A DNA stretch of 64,000 nucleotides from Glaucostegus cemiculus (taxonomy: Eukaryota). Made by a program: the position numbers and the translations under genes. The stretch covers positions 25,916,001 to 25,980,000 of the forward strand of contig CDPCPM010000106.1 of NCBI GenBank assembly GCA_976551045.1, written 5' to 3'. The notes under the pieces are model-generated. The model had not been told where the DNA came from. It did no database searches and saw only the letters and a list, made by a program, of their open reading frames with translations. Below are positions 1 through 12,080 of the stretch, piece after piece (position 1 is the first letter of the stretch; each line of letters begins with the position of its first letter).

Positions 1-1079
1 AATCCAGAATCACTGAGGAATTGGGGGTGGAGGGGGGCTGCTTGAGAGTCAAGAGTTAAGTATGTTTTCACACAATCAATAATACTAAAGGTTGTAAAAT
101 AAGGCAATTGAAATACAGTATTTTGTAGTACTTGCCAATGAGTATTACTCAGTAGGCAAGAAAAAAACAAATAAGCAATGCATAGCAACAACTTGGATGT
201 CCAAGAGTTGCCCTCATATTGAACCAGGTGCTCCCAGAATGCTGCCCCCATCTCTCCTGGTTGTTCCCTCAGTGCTACTCCCATGTCAACTCAGGTGCTT
301 TCTTAATGCTGTGTCCGTGTCGTCCAGGTTGCTGTCTCGGTGCTGCCCCAATTTGTCTTCAATACTCCCTCGGCACTGCCCCGATATTGGCCAGAGAACT
401 CACTTGGCAGTGCCCCAGTTTTACATCCTGAATTGCCAGTTGGTGAAGTGCTGGATAACTGAACTTTTATTATCATTAGAATTTCAGGGTGGATTGAGGT
501 AAAATGTAGATTCTTATTAACAGGTTGACATTTCAGCTTGTTGAAAATGCATTTCAGTGTATGAATTCTTAAATACTCAACTCTGTTCATCTCAGTTTCC
601 TGGAGAGGATACTCCAGCATTAGTAACATAATTTTCCTTGTTTAAGAGTAAAATAAACATTTTTTTTTAATCTTAACTGTCCCCACAGACCATGTACGTG
701 TTCAATTGTGCCTTGTTTTATTGATAGGAAACAGGTGAGGTAAAATTGGGCAAATGGCATGCCAGCTTACAATCTTGCTACTCTTTGGATAAAGAGGCTT
801 CTCTTGAAATCCCTATTGTGAATGATATTTATGAAAACATACATAGATTTAAAAGAAATTCTACTACACTTATACATCTTAATTAATTAGAAACATTGCA
901 AAGTGTTTTACAATTCTTGCTAATTACTGAGCAGCCACTTTCAGTACAAGAACAAAAAGCTGTTAATTTTAGTTAAGTAAACAGTATTTACCGAGGTTAT
1001 GCTACTGAATATGATAAGTCTTTTTTGATGTTTCTCACACTGAACATCGGGATAAAATAGTTTATGTAATATTTTACAG

Positions 1080-1152
1080 ATCACTGCTTCTGTGCTTGGT
1101 GTCATTTGGGTAACCAGTCGATTTACCTATGCATGGGGATATTACACAGGGG
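1080..1152 (+). CDS. MGST3: MGST3-family microsomal glutathione S-transferase (MAPEG), penultimate coding exon
   Basis: Acceptor ttttacag|, then ITASVLGVIWVTSRFTYAWGYYTG plus 1 nt, then donor |gtaggt. Matches the MGST3 ..AWGYYTG motif and is closest to the fish mgst3b type as I recall it. Its phase-1 end joins the 4302 exon in frame. Confidence 0.85.
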
Positions 1153-2335
1153 GTAGGTATTACTTAAATTATGTTTTTGTACAAATATCTTACTAGAAAA
1201 AATGTTCAAAGGATAAATGAATATGTTTGATAATGTTAAAGGACAATACCATAATTTCACCAGGAAAGAAAAGCATAAATTTTGGCTCACAGGACTCAAA
1301 TGTATCAAAGCATTCTGTTGTTAGAATACAATGCAAATTCAGCAAATATTTCCACAATCAGCAATGAAAAATTTTGGCTATATCATTTGAGGGAAGAATT
1401 TGGATAATACAACAGGATTGTTATTACCTATCAAAACTAATGGAATATGTTGACTGTATCTCTTAGAAAGGATAACACCTTCCAATAATGCAGCAATAAA
1501 AGCCAAAATCCTGGAAGGGAGTTGGAGTCCACCTGTGGATCCACAGGCAGGCATTACCAACTAATAAATACTGTCATTTGGTGTCAGTGTTAGCAAGAAA
1601 TGAAGCAGCAAGAAGTGTTTCTCCATCCAAAATAATTATACTCTAGGTTTAAAACATAATGGTGATGTAGTTTGGTGTCAGTCATAACAATGATGTAGAT
1701 GTAGTTATAAAGGAGGCCTGTAGTTTCAGAAAACCTAACACAAGAAAAACACATTTAATATGAGCTTTATGGCAGAGCAAACTAATTATATTCATCTCTG
1801 TAATACTACTCATCTCTACCCAGACCTCAAATCATTGCTGCTGGAACACTCATCCAGGCTTTTATTAAAAAAATACTTTTGGACTTAACCATTGTTCTTC
1901 TGGGCAACTTATCATCCTCCATAAGCTTATCCAAAACACTAATATGTCGTATTCTGAATTAAATACTAAGCAACCATCACCCTTGTTTTTACTGATCTGA
2001 ATCAACTCTCTGTGCCCCAACATCTTGAATTTAAGGTTCTTCTGGGAACAGAAATGGACATTCAGTTGACCAAGTCTGTTCTGCCATTCGGAATCAGAAT
2101 CAGTTTTATTGTCACTTCCATATACACATTCAGCATGCATGGGAGCGAAATACCGTACTCCACAGATCAAGGTGCTGGTCACATTAAAAACAATGAGAGA
2201 CGCAAAGACTGAAAGACATTAACGACATTGGAACCACCAAAATTAAGCCACCAAAATTAAGAAGAGACTCGATTAAAATATTCTTATAATGAACATACTG
2301 ATGCAGATTTAAAGTGCTGGTGCATTCTTGTACGC

Positions 2336-2820
2336 CTAGCATCCTTTGATGTTGACGAGAGGGATGGGTGGATGAGGGAGTTCATAGTTGTTATTGCTTG
2401 TGGGGAAAAAGCTATTGCACAGCCTGGTAGTCCTTGCCCGGATGCGCTGGAGCCTTCTTCCAGGTGGCAAGAGTGCAAAGAGGTGGTAGGAGGGGTGAGA
2501 CGGGTCAGACATTATGTTTGTCACCTTTCTGACACATCGGTCCATATACATGTCTGCAATAGAGGGTAGAGAGACACCTATAATCTTCTCTGCTGCTCCT
2601 ACTATCCTCTTCAGGGACTTAAGTCCCGCAGCTGAACAGCTCCCATACCAGATGGTGATGCAGTGTGTCAGGATACTCTCAATGGTTCCTCTACAGAACA
2701 TTTTCATGATGGAAGGATGGGAGTTCACTTTCCTCAATCTCCGCAGGAAGTAGAGGCGTTTCTGGGCTTTCTTGGTGAGGGCTGCGGTGTTGATGGACCA
2801 GTTCAGGTCATCAGCAATGA
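2336..2820 (-). mobile_element. Rex1/Babar-type non-LTR retrotransposon 3' fragment inside the MGST3 intron
   Basis: ORF 2336-2737 reads LRKVNSHPSIMKMFCRGTIESILTHCITIWYGSC...DPSHPSYHLFALLPPGRR...RLCNSFFP, typical of the post-RT C-terminus of this clade. Confidence 0.8.
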
Positions 2821-4301
2821 CTTATTTGAATTTTGGTTGCATTTCCCTGGCTGGGTTTTGCAACCCCTAATATCATTGCTTGACAAAGAAGTATCAGTTT
2901 TACACAGAATAGTCTTTGGGAGAGATACTTCCCAATTTTTACTACCCCTTGGGTGAATTAGTGCATTATGGCATCACCTCTGAGTGACAGAGCAATTCTT
3001 CTATGTTCTGGACTCCTGCAGCAAGGGCAGTTGTTTCTCCTTCCACCCTGAAGAAAGTCTCTAATCATCCCAAATACCAATTAGACCAACCTTTGATCCC
3101 CAGATATGAAGTGAATACAAGCCTTGTGTGTGCTATTTATTCTCAAAATGTAACTCCTTTAGCTCCAGTGTCATGCTAGTGAGTCACTGCTACTACCTGT
3201 CCAAGGCCAATATAGTACGAAATATGGACCACAGAACTTGGGTCTAACCAGAGCTAAGTACAGCTGTGATATAACATCCACCCCCAGTGACTTATGTATT
3301 AGGTCATTTTCATTTGTGTAGTTTCTAGCTTCTTGCCATTTAGAAAATACTTGGATTTTTTACGGGTCTGATCTAGATCATCTTGTACTTTCTCACACTG
3401 AACTCCATCTGTTATAATCAATCAGCTCAATTCTCTCATCCATGCCACAGGGACACCCAGTATGCTTTACAACTCTCTGATCTTTTGTGAATAATGTGAA
3501 TAAATGTAATGAAAAGCTGAAATTCGGTACCTATCCCTGGAGATCATCATTGGTCACACTTTACATTGATCAAAACCAAGCACGTATAGATTATTCATGT
3601 GCTCTTTTCCCTGCTTAGTTATTCCTTGTTTCAGCCACTGGGTTGCTCCAATTTCATGAGCCCTCATTTTCATTGTTTCCTTAAACCAATACCATTCCTC
3701 CACCTTCTCATGTTACATTTGCACAGTCCCATCTCTGTATCATTGACATGGGTAATTTGATATCAAACTCAAGTTTTATTAATCGCTTTGACAGTATTTT
3801 TCAAGTATTTCTCTTTAGCAGGTACACTTGTTGATGTTTTCCCTTTTCTAATACCCAAATGTCTATTTATTGGTCTTCTTTAATAAGTTGTTTACAAATA
3901 ACTTTACAAATGCTGACTATCTGCCTGTATATTTTCAGCATTTTACTTTTGTGGTTATTTATTTTTTATCTGCCCAGTTATCATTGTTTTTCCTCTCCTT
4001 GTCTACTTGATTAATATTTGTCATTGTAGTTTTGCAAAACATTCACCAAACCTTTGTCGCCTTTGATTCCTTCCGCACTCATTGGTCAGCATGTAGCCTC
4101 CAAAGAGTGATCTATAGAATTCACTGGTCCACAAGTCATGAAGATCCTACTTTCACACAAAAATTATTCAGTATCTATCCTTTAAATATGATGCACCATA
4201 TAAAACCTGCAATTTATATTTTAATAATAACCATCTCCAATAATGAAACCATTTTTGGTATTATAGATGATGGTTCAGCTGTTATCTGCTTTTCTTCACA
4301 G

Positions 4302-4399
4302 TGCCAGAGAAAAGAATGAGTGGGTCCTACGGATACATTGGCCTTCTGGGAGTTATTTTCCTCTCCATAGTCATTGCTTTTACAACCCTTGTTTCATAG
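4302..4399 (+). CDS. MGST3: MGST3-family gene, last coding exon
   Basis: Acceptor ttttcttcacag|, then (V)PEKRMSGSYGYIGLLGVIFLSIVIAFTTLVS*. This is the MGST3 P.KR..G.YGYIGL.G final TM helix, in frame with exon 1080-1152. The stop TAG is followed by TGA TAA. Confidence 0.85.
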
Positions 4400-7300
4400 T
4401 GATAAACCTTCTCCACTACAATGGGTTGAGGAAAATAAAAAACCAGTGTCCAGTGGTATTTGTCAGCTATTGTACATATCCAGCCATTTTGAGATGAACA
4501 CCATCTTAGAACAAGTTTTACCAACTTGTAGTAGTTTTCTTCCAGGTATGTTAAGCATTACAGTTTGAATAGATTTGTAGTACAAGCCTATTTTTTCTAT
4601 TATATTTAATAAAATAGCACACTGGGAAATAAGATTAAATTCCAAATTTTATTTTTTTTAATAAATTGTTAGGCAAATGATTGTTGCTTCTTCTGCCTAA
4701 ACTTGAATTCCTTTTTTACTTTAGCTAAAGGGTATGTAATTCTTGTTAAAGTGAATATGTAATATTGAACTAAGTTTAACATTTTTCATCTTTCAAGATG
4801 GTCACTAACTCAAGTTATTTCAAAATTTTATTCCAAGAGCCTTAGTTTATATTATGGTTTAAACTTAAATTGTCTGAAAGATCACAAGTAGAAAATGAAC
4901 TGTACAGAACATATGAAATAAAGCCAGGTTGTATTTCAGCTGATAGAAAAGTATAGAGCATTGAAAGAGAAAGCTAGGTACACTACGTGTTTGGGTTTTA
5001 TTTAAAGAAATAATTTTTCAGCACCATTGAGTTATCCATTTTAGACTTTATTCAAATCAAATAATGAAATGGCTTGAAGTATAATTTTGTCTTAAACTTC
5101 GTGTACATTGTTGTAACCATTTATCAGGATCCAACCATAGTCAATGATTTCTTCAAAAGTGGATTTTTTCATGTACAAATCTTGATGTGGCTGTTTCACA
5201 TTTAATTTCTAAATAAATATACATTTTAAAACCAATGATAGTTTAAGTTACTTTTGTTTTAAAAAAATTATACAAGTAGCTTTGTTATTGTTTCGTACTA
5301 ATCTATAAATGGACAGCAACAAGCCATCCAATTCACATTGCAGAATGCTGCAGAAATAACAAATGGTACAACCTTCATAGATTGCAGTGAGACATCAGGT
5401 AAAATTCTTCACACTAATTATTCTGAACAACTAACCAACTCCATGTCCGAGTTAAAAAACAAAATGATGGCAAGCAGCAACAATGGTTTTAAATGTGTGC
5501 TCCATCTTTTAAGTCATTTCAAGAAAATATTTTTTTCTTCAGTGGTCCTGCTTTATACTCCTGACTTCATTTTAGTTTGTATCTTCATCATGCAAGCCAC
5601 AACCGGATCTCCTCTTTATAATATGCAACAGCAATGATACAAATTTCCTAAAATAATTGAAAATAGAATCCCTTTCGCATTTACTAACAAATGGTGGAAA
5701 TATTTGTGTTGATAGCAACTCACAAGATCCAGCTTGGCTCCACATGGACAAACAGTCCAACACTTGGCCAAAGGAACAGTGCCCAACATCCAAAGCATTC
5801 AAGACGAGAAAATGTACTTTGCTACAAATGATGATGTCTTTATGAATCCTATTTGCAAAATAAACCTTTTGTGCCAAAGAGGGGATTTTTTTGTCAGCAT
5901 AAACATATTAATCTCCCTTTGCCAATTATTGCCCCTTTTGTAATTCTTGTAGTTTGGGGAACAAGAACAGCAAAATTAAAAGATATATTTCAATTACAGT
6001 ACTTTTTTCTATTGCCAAAAAGGTTTAATTTTTATACCCACTCATCTCTCCATTAACATTCTGGATCATCAGCACTACACACCAAACTACTGGTGAAAGG
6101 GTAAATTCAACTGTCAACAGGCACCAAATCACAAGGGCAATCACTGGGGTTAGGCTTTGATGGAAGATTGAATAATTTTGATCTCCTTAGCCTTTGAGCG
6201 TGCCATTGTCAGGTGGTCAGTTGAAATGAAATGTACATAAGAGGCAAATAGTGAACCTTTCCCAAACAATGTTTGCACCTTGTTAACTATCTCAATAGGT
6301 AAGCCATAATAATATTGATGATTTGATAGGGAAGTTCATTATGAATAGTTCAGTTAATATTAGTTTCATTACTGAGAAAGGACTACAGCTTTCATGAGAA
6401 GTGCTTGAATATGATATGGAGCATGCAATGTCCACAGGTAAATTCAATACATTTTATTTTTAAGTTTAATTTTGTTCAGTGTTATCCTATTTCATTAAAT
6501 GTAGGAAGATCACTTCTAAATAGTTTCCACCTTAAGGGACTGGCTACCTGGATGCTCCAAAAAAAAAACTAAACTTAAAACCATACTGAGAGGTCCCAGA
6601 GAACTGACTGAATATGCAGACTTGCCAACCAAAAGCCTGGTTTCCAAAGTAATGGTAGCTTGTGTTTCCACTAACCCAATGACATTGCTTCAGCGAGGAT
6701 GGAAGAACAAAAAGTTTGGATAGAATGCTTTTTCCTCCTAAATCTATGACCAAGGTCAAAATTTTCTATTGAATTTCAAAGTAATTTGAACAACAATGAC
6801 CAAGAACACCAACCTGTTGGCCTCCATTACATCAAATAAGCATTAAATATCATTATTTAAATATAGGGCTAGATTACATTCTGAAACAAAAGTCAGATTT
6901 GAACTATGATGCCCTATAGATTGAGGGGGCTTTTATTATTGAACCATATATGGGCATCTTGTGTACTGGAGACAACAAATAATGGCACTAAAAATATAAC
7001 ATGGTACACAAATTAGAATGTTCTACAAGAGATAATATTGGTTGGAAACACACTCCTCTATAGCCCTTAATTTTGATGGCAGGTTTGAATTTTTCTGCTA
7101 ATTCTAAATCACTTTATTAACAGAACAAACTGCTATGCCTTCTTTATATACAAATGCTAGAAAATGGAATACAATTAATTTACTGGGGAATTCTCATGGA
7201 CAGATATATGGATGTGAATTCATAGCTCCAGTACAACCATATCACTAATTTATTCAGTAAATTTGCTCAGAAATAGATTAATGTTGCACAAGATTCCTTC

Positions 7301-7469
7301 AAAAATGAAATATTTACAAATTTTGCATAACCAATTCACCAATGTTAGTACTTGAGAAGCAATTATTTGTTAACTTACAACTCAATTTCCATATTGTTTT
7401 TAATGTAGCAATTCAGAAATGTTATCAATTATGCCAGGTTACACTAAGTAGTAGGGTGCAAGTCCATGA

Positions 7470-7632
7470 CACTTTGTCTACCTGCACTGCCTCTGTCACT
7501 GTTATACTTTATTCTGCATTTTACCTTGTACTACCTCTATGCACTGTGTAATGAATTGATCTGTATGAATGGTATGCAAGACAAGTTTTTCAATGTACTG
7601 AGGTACAAATTACATTAATTAACCAATACAAA
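7470..7632 (+). repeat. 3' tail fragment of a LINE/SINE family, related to 55770-56072
   Basis: tctacctgcactgc...ctgtaatgaattgatctgtatgaatggtatgcaagacaagtttttca...aaccaatac, similar to the 55.9-56.07 kb copy. Confidence 0.55.
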
Positions 7633-8292
7633 GTCCAATGAAGTACAGTGAAGCACATTACAGGAAGCAAAAGAAAACCAGCTTTAGGAAGGAATTTCAA
7701 AACTTCAGTTGCCTCATTGAGGAGTATCTGGTAGAAGAGAAATGAAGATGACAGATGCTTGGGAATAGTAATGTGAAGTCAGTAATGATAAATCTCTGGC
7801 TATGATTGAATAAACAATCACTGGTACTGTTCTAACCAGCTGACCAAGAAGTGCTTGAAGATTGCGAGTTCAACTGCAAAAACATTGATTGCCATTGTCA
7901 GTCACATCAGGTGTCATTAGTGACTGTATTCAGAGCCATTTTTGTAGCAGAAATTTGACTAGAGACATTAACCAAAGTATCAAGCTACCGAAAATTAGGT
8001 CAACCAAAGGATGTTTATTAAAAACTAAAAAATTATCAATATTCCCAATATTAAAGATAGCAAAACAAAGTACAACCAATTGTCATAGCAGTGCACTTTC
8101 AAGTAGTTTTTCAGCGAGTTGATTCATCTGCTTAAAAGGCAAATTCAAACAAAAACAAGATATGCATGTTAATATTTTGACTAATCACCTTTACACAGTT
8201 GGGGTCAACCACCTTCAGTGGATTTTGGAATCTTCAATTATGTGCAACAAACTTTAGACCCACAGAAGTACAAGAATTTTCAACCATACATC

Positions 8293-8298
8293 TTTATT
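8293..8298 (-). promoter_or_regulatory. Candidate polyadenylation signal of SNRPC
   Basis: tttatt on + is AATAAA on -, about 400 nt past the SNRPC stop codon. Confidence 0.5.
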
Positions 8299-8701
8299 TT
8301 TCGGCCAAAAAAAGACATGGCACAGGATGTGGCAAAAAAATGGACAATTAGAATCCGTCTTTTAAACTGTCCTATACACTTGGGGGGGGGGGGGGGAACA
8401 ATTGTACAGCCAGAAAAGTAATACACAAGCCAGCCGTTTCCTGCAAACTGAGTCAGATTCAGTAAATCCCTGAACTGGACAGTACATGTTAAACGATAAT
8501 TCAGATTTGCACGTTGGAAATCCGCTCGCACTGGCTGCACTTTGGTTGTTTAATAAAGATGGCGATAGGTATGGGACCTGCTCAAATTCATAACAAAAGT
8601 GTTACAAAACTGATCTTGAACTGGCGGCGCTGCCGTCCCACTGTCTTTGATCCGGTGGTATGAAACGCTGCACTGGGTAACGTCCTGCTTCCAGCCTTTG
8701 C

Positions 8702-9187
8702 TTATCTGGTTGAGCGTACTAATCCGGGTCTGGAAGGCACCATCATGGGCCGGTGAGGCCCCATCATCGGGCCCGGCATCATGGGCACCGGGCCGCCGAT
8801 GGGCGGTCTCATTCCCGGGCCCACCAACATCATCCCAGGAGGCGCGGGGCCCATCATCGGCATCATCGGCGGCCCTCCCATGGGCGGCCCGGGGAGGATG
8901 GAAGGCCGCGGCGGCGGCACGCCCACGTTGCCAGGCGGCGGCGGGATGGCGGCCCCGGCTGGAGGCGGCCCGGCCGGCGCCGGGAAAGGAGCGGTGGGCG
9001 GGATCTTGCCCTGGCGGAAGGCGGCCGTGGTCTTATCGATGAGGCTCTGGGCCTGTTCCTCCATCCATTTCTGATAGTAGTCCTTGACGTTCTCCTTGTG
9101 CTTGCGGCCCTCGCAGTGCGTTTTGCGGACGGACGGGGAGTCGTGGGTGAGGTAGGTGTCGCAGTAATCGCAGTAATACTTCGGCAT
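8702..9187 (-). CDS. SNRPC: U1 small nuclear ribonucleoprotein C, intronless, 161 aa
   Basis: [57 protein letters not shown] is the U1-C matrin-type zinc finger, followed by the Pro/Met/Gly-rich tail ending RPGLVRSTR. One uninterrupted ORF with ATG at 9187. Confidence 0.96.
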   Translation of the reverse strand: MPKYYCDYCDTYLTHDSPSVRKTHCEGRKHKENVKDYYQKWMEEQAQSLIDKTTAAFRQGKIPPTAPFPAPAGPPPAGAAIPPPPGNVGVPPPRPSILPGPPMGGPPMMPMMGPAPPGMMLVGPGMRPPIGGPVPMMPGPMMGPHRPMMVPSRPGLVRSTR

Positions 9188-9984
9188 CTTGTCTCCTCGC
9201 TCGGCCCCGGCTCTGCGTCTCCAACGGCGCGCCGCGTCACCGCACACGTGACTGCCCACAGAGAGACATGCGCAGTACCTTGGACCTCAACAATATGGGA
9301 GCCCACGCCCTGGTCACGTGACGGGGCTGCTATTGGAACAGCCGTTGCTGGGGGTAATTACTGCAGATACTGGAAATGGGAGCCACAAACATGAAGTGCC
9401 GGAACACACAGCAGGTCAGGCAACCTCCGTGGGAGGAGAAATGGAGTTAACATTTGAGTGTCTTCGACCCGAAACGTTAACATATTTTTTCTCCGCAAAC
9501 GCTGCCAGACCTGCTGTGTGCGTGTTTACAGTATTTCAGAAACTGCTGGAAATGTGTCCTTTCGTTGTAAATATCGCCCTTACAAACACGTACGTTGCAT
9601 CCTGCTCATTGCATCAAACCCTCTGCTGGCAGAGACACAAGTTGCTGGAGGGCCGCGACGCCGGCCGACCGTCCACTCCCCGCCACAGCTGCTGCCCGAC
9701 CCACTCCGTATTGGTGGAACTCAGCGGGCCGGGCAGCAACTGTGGTGGGGAGGGAGGGGGAAAATTTATAGCCATTACAGATCGTTAATTTCCATTGGGA
9801 CTGCGACCCCCTAATCCTTGCTCAGAGAGACAATTGGTCCCTTATAATTGCGTCACTGAAGGGCGGGGTTGCACATGCGCACCGCCGCTTGGACGGGTAA
9901 AAACCAGGCAGTTTATTCTAAATGATTACGTAATGGGGGCCAACACCATCGATCACGTGACGATTAATCCCCTCACGGGCATGC

Positions 9985-10046
9985 GCACTGCTCTCTTGCT
10001 CAGACAGGATTGCCTATTGTTTGTGGCAGGATCTGTGGGTGGTCGA
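9985..10046 (+). other. TMEM50A: Probable non-coding first exon of TMEM50A (start approximate)
   Basis: Consensus donor cga|gtaagt at 10047, just downstream of the + facing motif cluster. The first coding exon has an acceptor 1 nt before its ATG, so an upstream exon is required. A second gtaagt lies at 10163. Confidence 0.6.
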
Positions 10047-10479
10047 GTAAGTACGGGTTGTGTTCTTGTCAAACCCAAGTTTTATCTAATGATCTGGTTG
10101 TTTATTTCGTTCTCTTCGTTTTTTCGGAACGCGCATTGCGCCTCCCAGCCGTGGATGCGGTTGTAAGTGGGGGTTTTATGCCTGGGCCAATGCTGAACTG
10201 TGAAAGGTCCCTGGTAATCGTGCGGAAAGTTTGGGTGTGGGACTGGCTGTTGCAGGGAAATCTGGCTGTGTTAGGAGACAGTTGTATATGTTGTAAATTA
10301 AAAAAAAATTATACCCAGGAGTATAAATTCAAGGCCATGGCTTGGCCTATTCATCCACATTTCAGTAGCTTTTCTCCTCCCACTGCGTTCCTAAAAACCT
10401 TTCTAACCGATATTCAGTTGAGTTCTGATGGGGGAGAAATTTCCTCAGGGGGAGTGCAGCCAGAACCAAGTCCGTGGGT

Positions 10480-12080
10480 CGCTTGTCTGTACAGGGAATG
10501 AGGTGAAAGGTCAAGAGAGCAAGAGTTTAAAAGGGATTCTATGGTTAGGAGGGCAGACAGGTGTTTCAGTGGTTGCAGATGTGATTGTGATGTAGTGCGT
10601 TGCTTTTGTGATGTTAGGGTTGACTGTAGAAAATTCAGGAAGATTGAACAGCTGGTAGTTGTACCCAACATTGGAACCAACAACGTATCTAGAAGTGGAA
10701 AGGAGGTTCTCTTGGCAGATTTTATGGAGGTGGAGGTTAAGAAGCAGGAACTCAGAATGGTAACATCTGGTTTATTCTCTGTGTCACATGCCAATGAGAA
10801 TAGAAATAAATCATTCTGAATAAATATGTGGTCAGAGAAAGTACAAGGCAGAGTGCTTTAGATTCGTAAGCAGTGGGACCAATTATCAGGGATGTCGTAT
10901 ATTTTGACTTTAAAAAGGGGTTCAAAAAGGTGCTATATGAGGTTATTAAACAAAATTAATGTCCTTAGTATTGGGGGTAGTAAATTGACAGATTGACGAT
11001 TGGTTAATGGGCAGATGGCAGATTGTTGGAATAAGTGGTTTATTTTCAAGTTAGTGGGCTGTGACTAATAGGATATTAAGGAGAAAATTTATGGCAAAAT
11101 TGCAAAAATGTGTATAAGCCATAGAATAGACAATGGGAGACTTCAACTGGGATAGCAATAACATGAAGGTTAAAGAGGGGGAGGAGTTTCTTAAGTGAGT
11201 TAAGAAAAGCCTTGATCAATATGTTTCCAGCCCTAGAGGAACTTGACTTTGCTTGACTTGGGTATGAGAAATGAGTGGAGAAATTATCAGTTGTGGACTG
11301 TCTAGAAATCAATGATCAGGAGCTTGAATAGCAATGGAAAAGAATACAGGTTACACCAACATAAAAACACTCAATTGGAAAAGGACAAGTTTCAATGGGA
11401 TAAGAACAGATCTGGCTTGCATAAACTGGAATCAAAGCTGTAATTGAAAAATAGGATACCTTTTTAGTTGGGAGGTATTTTATCTGTAGGTTTAGGTACA
11501 TCCCCATGAGGGAGAAAAGAAAGGAACTTCATAGTTGAGCAAAATTATAGCGGTCAAAATAGAGAAGTGGGATTTAAAAAAAACAGCTGAAAGATTGTTA
11601 ATGCAAATTAGAATTAGGCTGATTCCAAGATGTTCAGAAGAGAAGCAAAAAAAGAAATGAGGCGAAGAGAAATCCTGATGAACTTCTAAAACACTTACTT
11701 GGCCACAATGTGTGTAATGTGCCTGGTTGTGATTGCCACATTTTAGGAGAGATGTGAAGATGTAGGAGAAATGCGGTAAAGATGTGCAAACATATTTCCA
11801 AGGAAGACTTTGGTTTGCATAGATTGGAGAAGCTGAGATAAAAGTAATAGAATCGCAAAGGGTAAAGTCAAAAGGAAGAAACTATTCCCATTGGTGGAGG
11901 GCTCAAGAACAAGGGGACATAGAATAAAGGCAATTGGCAAAAAAAAACAAAATTGACATGGTTGGGGTGTGGAATGCACTGCCAGGTATAGTACTGAAGA
12001 TAAGTTCAACTGTGGTATTAAAAAGAAAGCTGAAAGAATTTGCTGGACTATAGGGGGAGGATGGGGAGTGGGACTTTAAA
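10480..12080 (+). mobile_element. Degenerate CR1-type LINE fragments (ORF1 esterase-like, ORF2 pieces and 3' end)
   Basis: LVVVPNIGTNNVSRSGKEVLLADF resembles the SGNH-esterase ORF1 of CR1. Also seen: gacttcaac (GDFN), RT-like ttcaaaaggtgc..atgaggttatta, and a 3' gggctcaagaacaaggggacatag segment. Confidence 0.65.

Larger units (their letters stand above)
8620..10170. promoter_or_regulatory. CpG island and bidirectional promoter of SNRPC (-) and TMEM50A (+)
   Basis: The only CpG-dense stretch in the window. CACGTGAC E-boxes at about 9245, 9313-9322 and 9952-9961. NRF1-like CATGCGCA at about 9267, 9874 and 9980. GC boxes at 9302-9310 and 9861-9868. CCAAT (-) at 9332-9336. Confidence 0.85.

Noticed and set aside
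197-502. 101-aa ORF over a degenerate gtgctgcccc-type repeat
   Set aside because: The open frame is explained by a decayed low-complexity tandem repeat and has no protein resemblance.
5300-5945. Exon-like open frames downstream of MGST3 (QNAAEITNGTTFIDCSETS followed by gtaaaa)
   Set aside because: There is no convincing acceptor, no consistent phase chain and no recognisable product.
9188-9259. 24-aa N-terminal extension of U1-C in the ORF track
   Set aside because: It starts at a non-ATG codon within the promoter/5' UTR, and U1-C begins at MPK(Y/F)YCDYC.
8647-9394. Overlapping ORFs of 131, 213, 97 and 147 aa on both strands around SNRPC
   Set aside because: These are shadow frames of a very GC-rich coding sequence, low in complexity and with no recognisable family.
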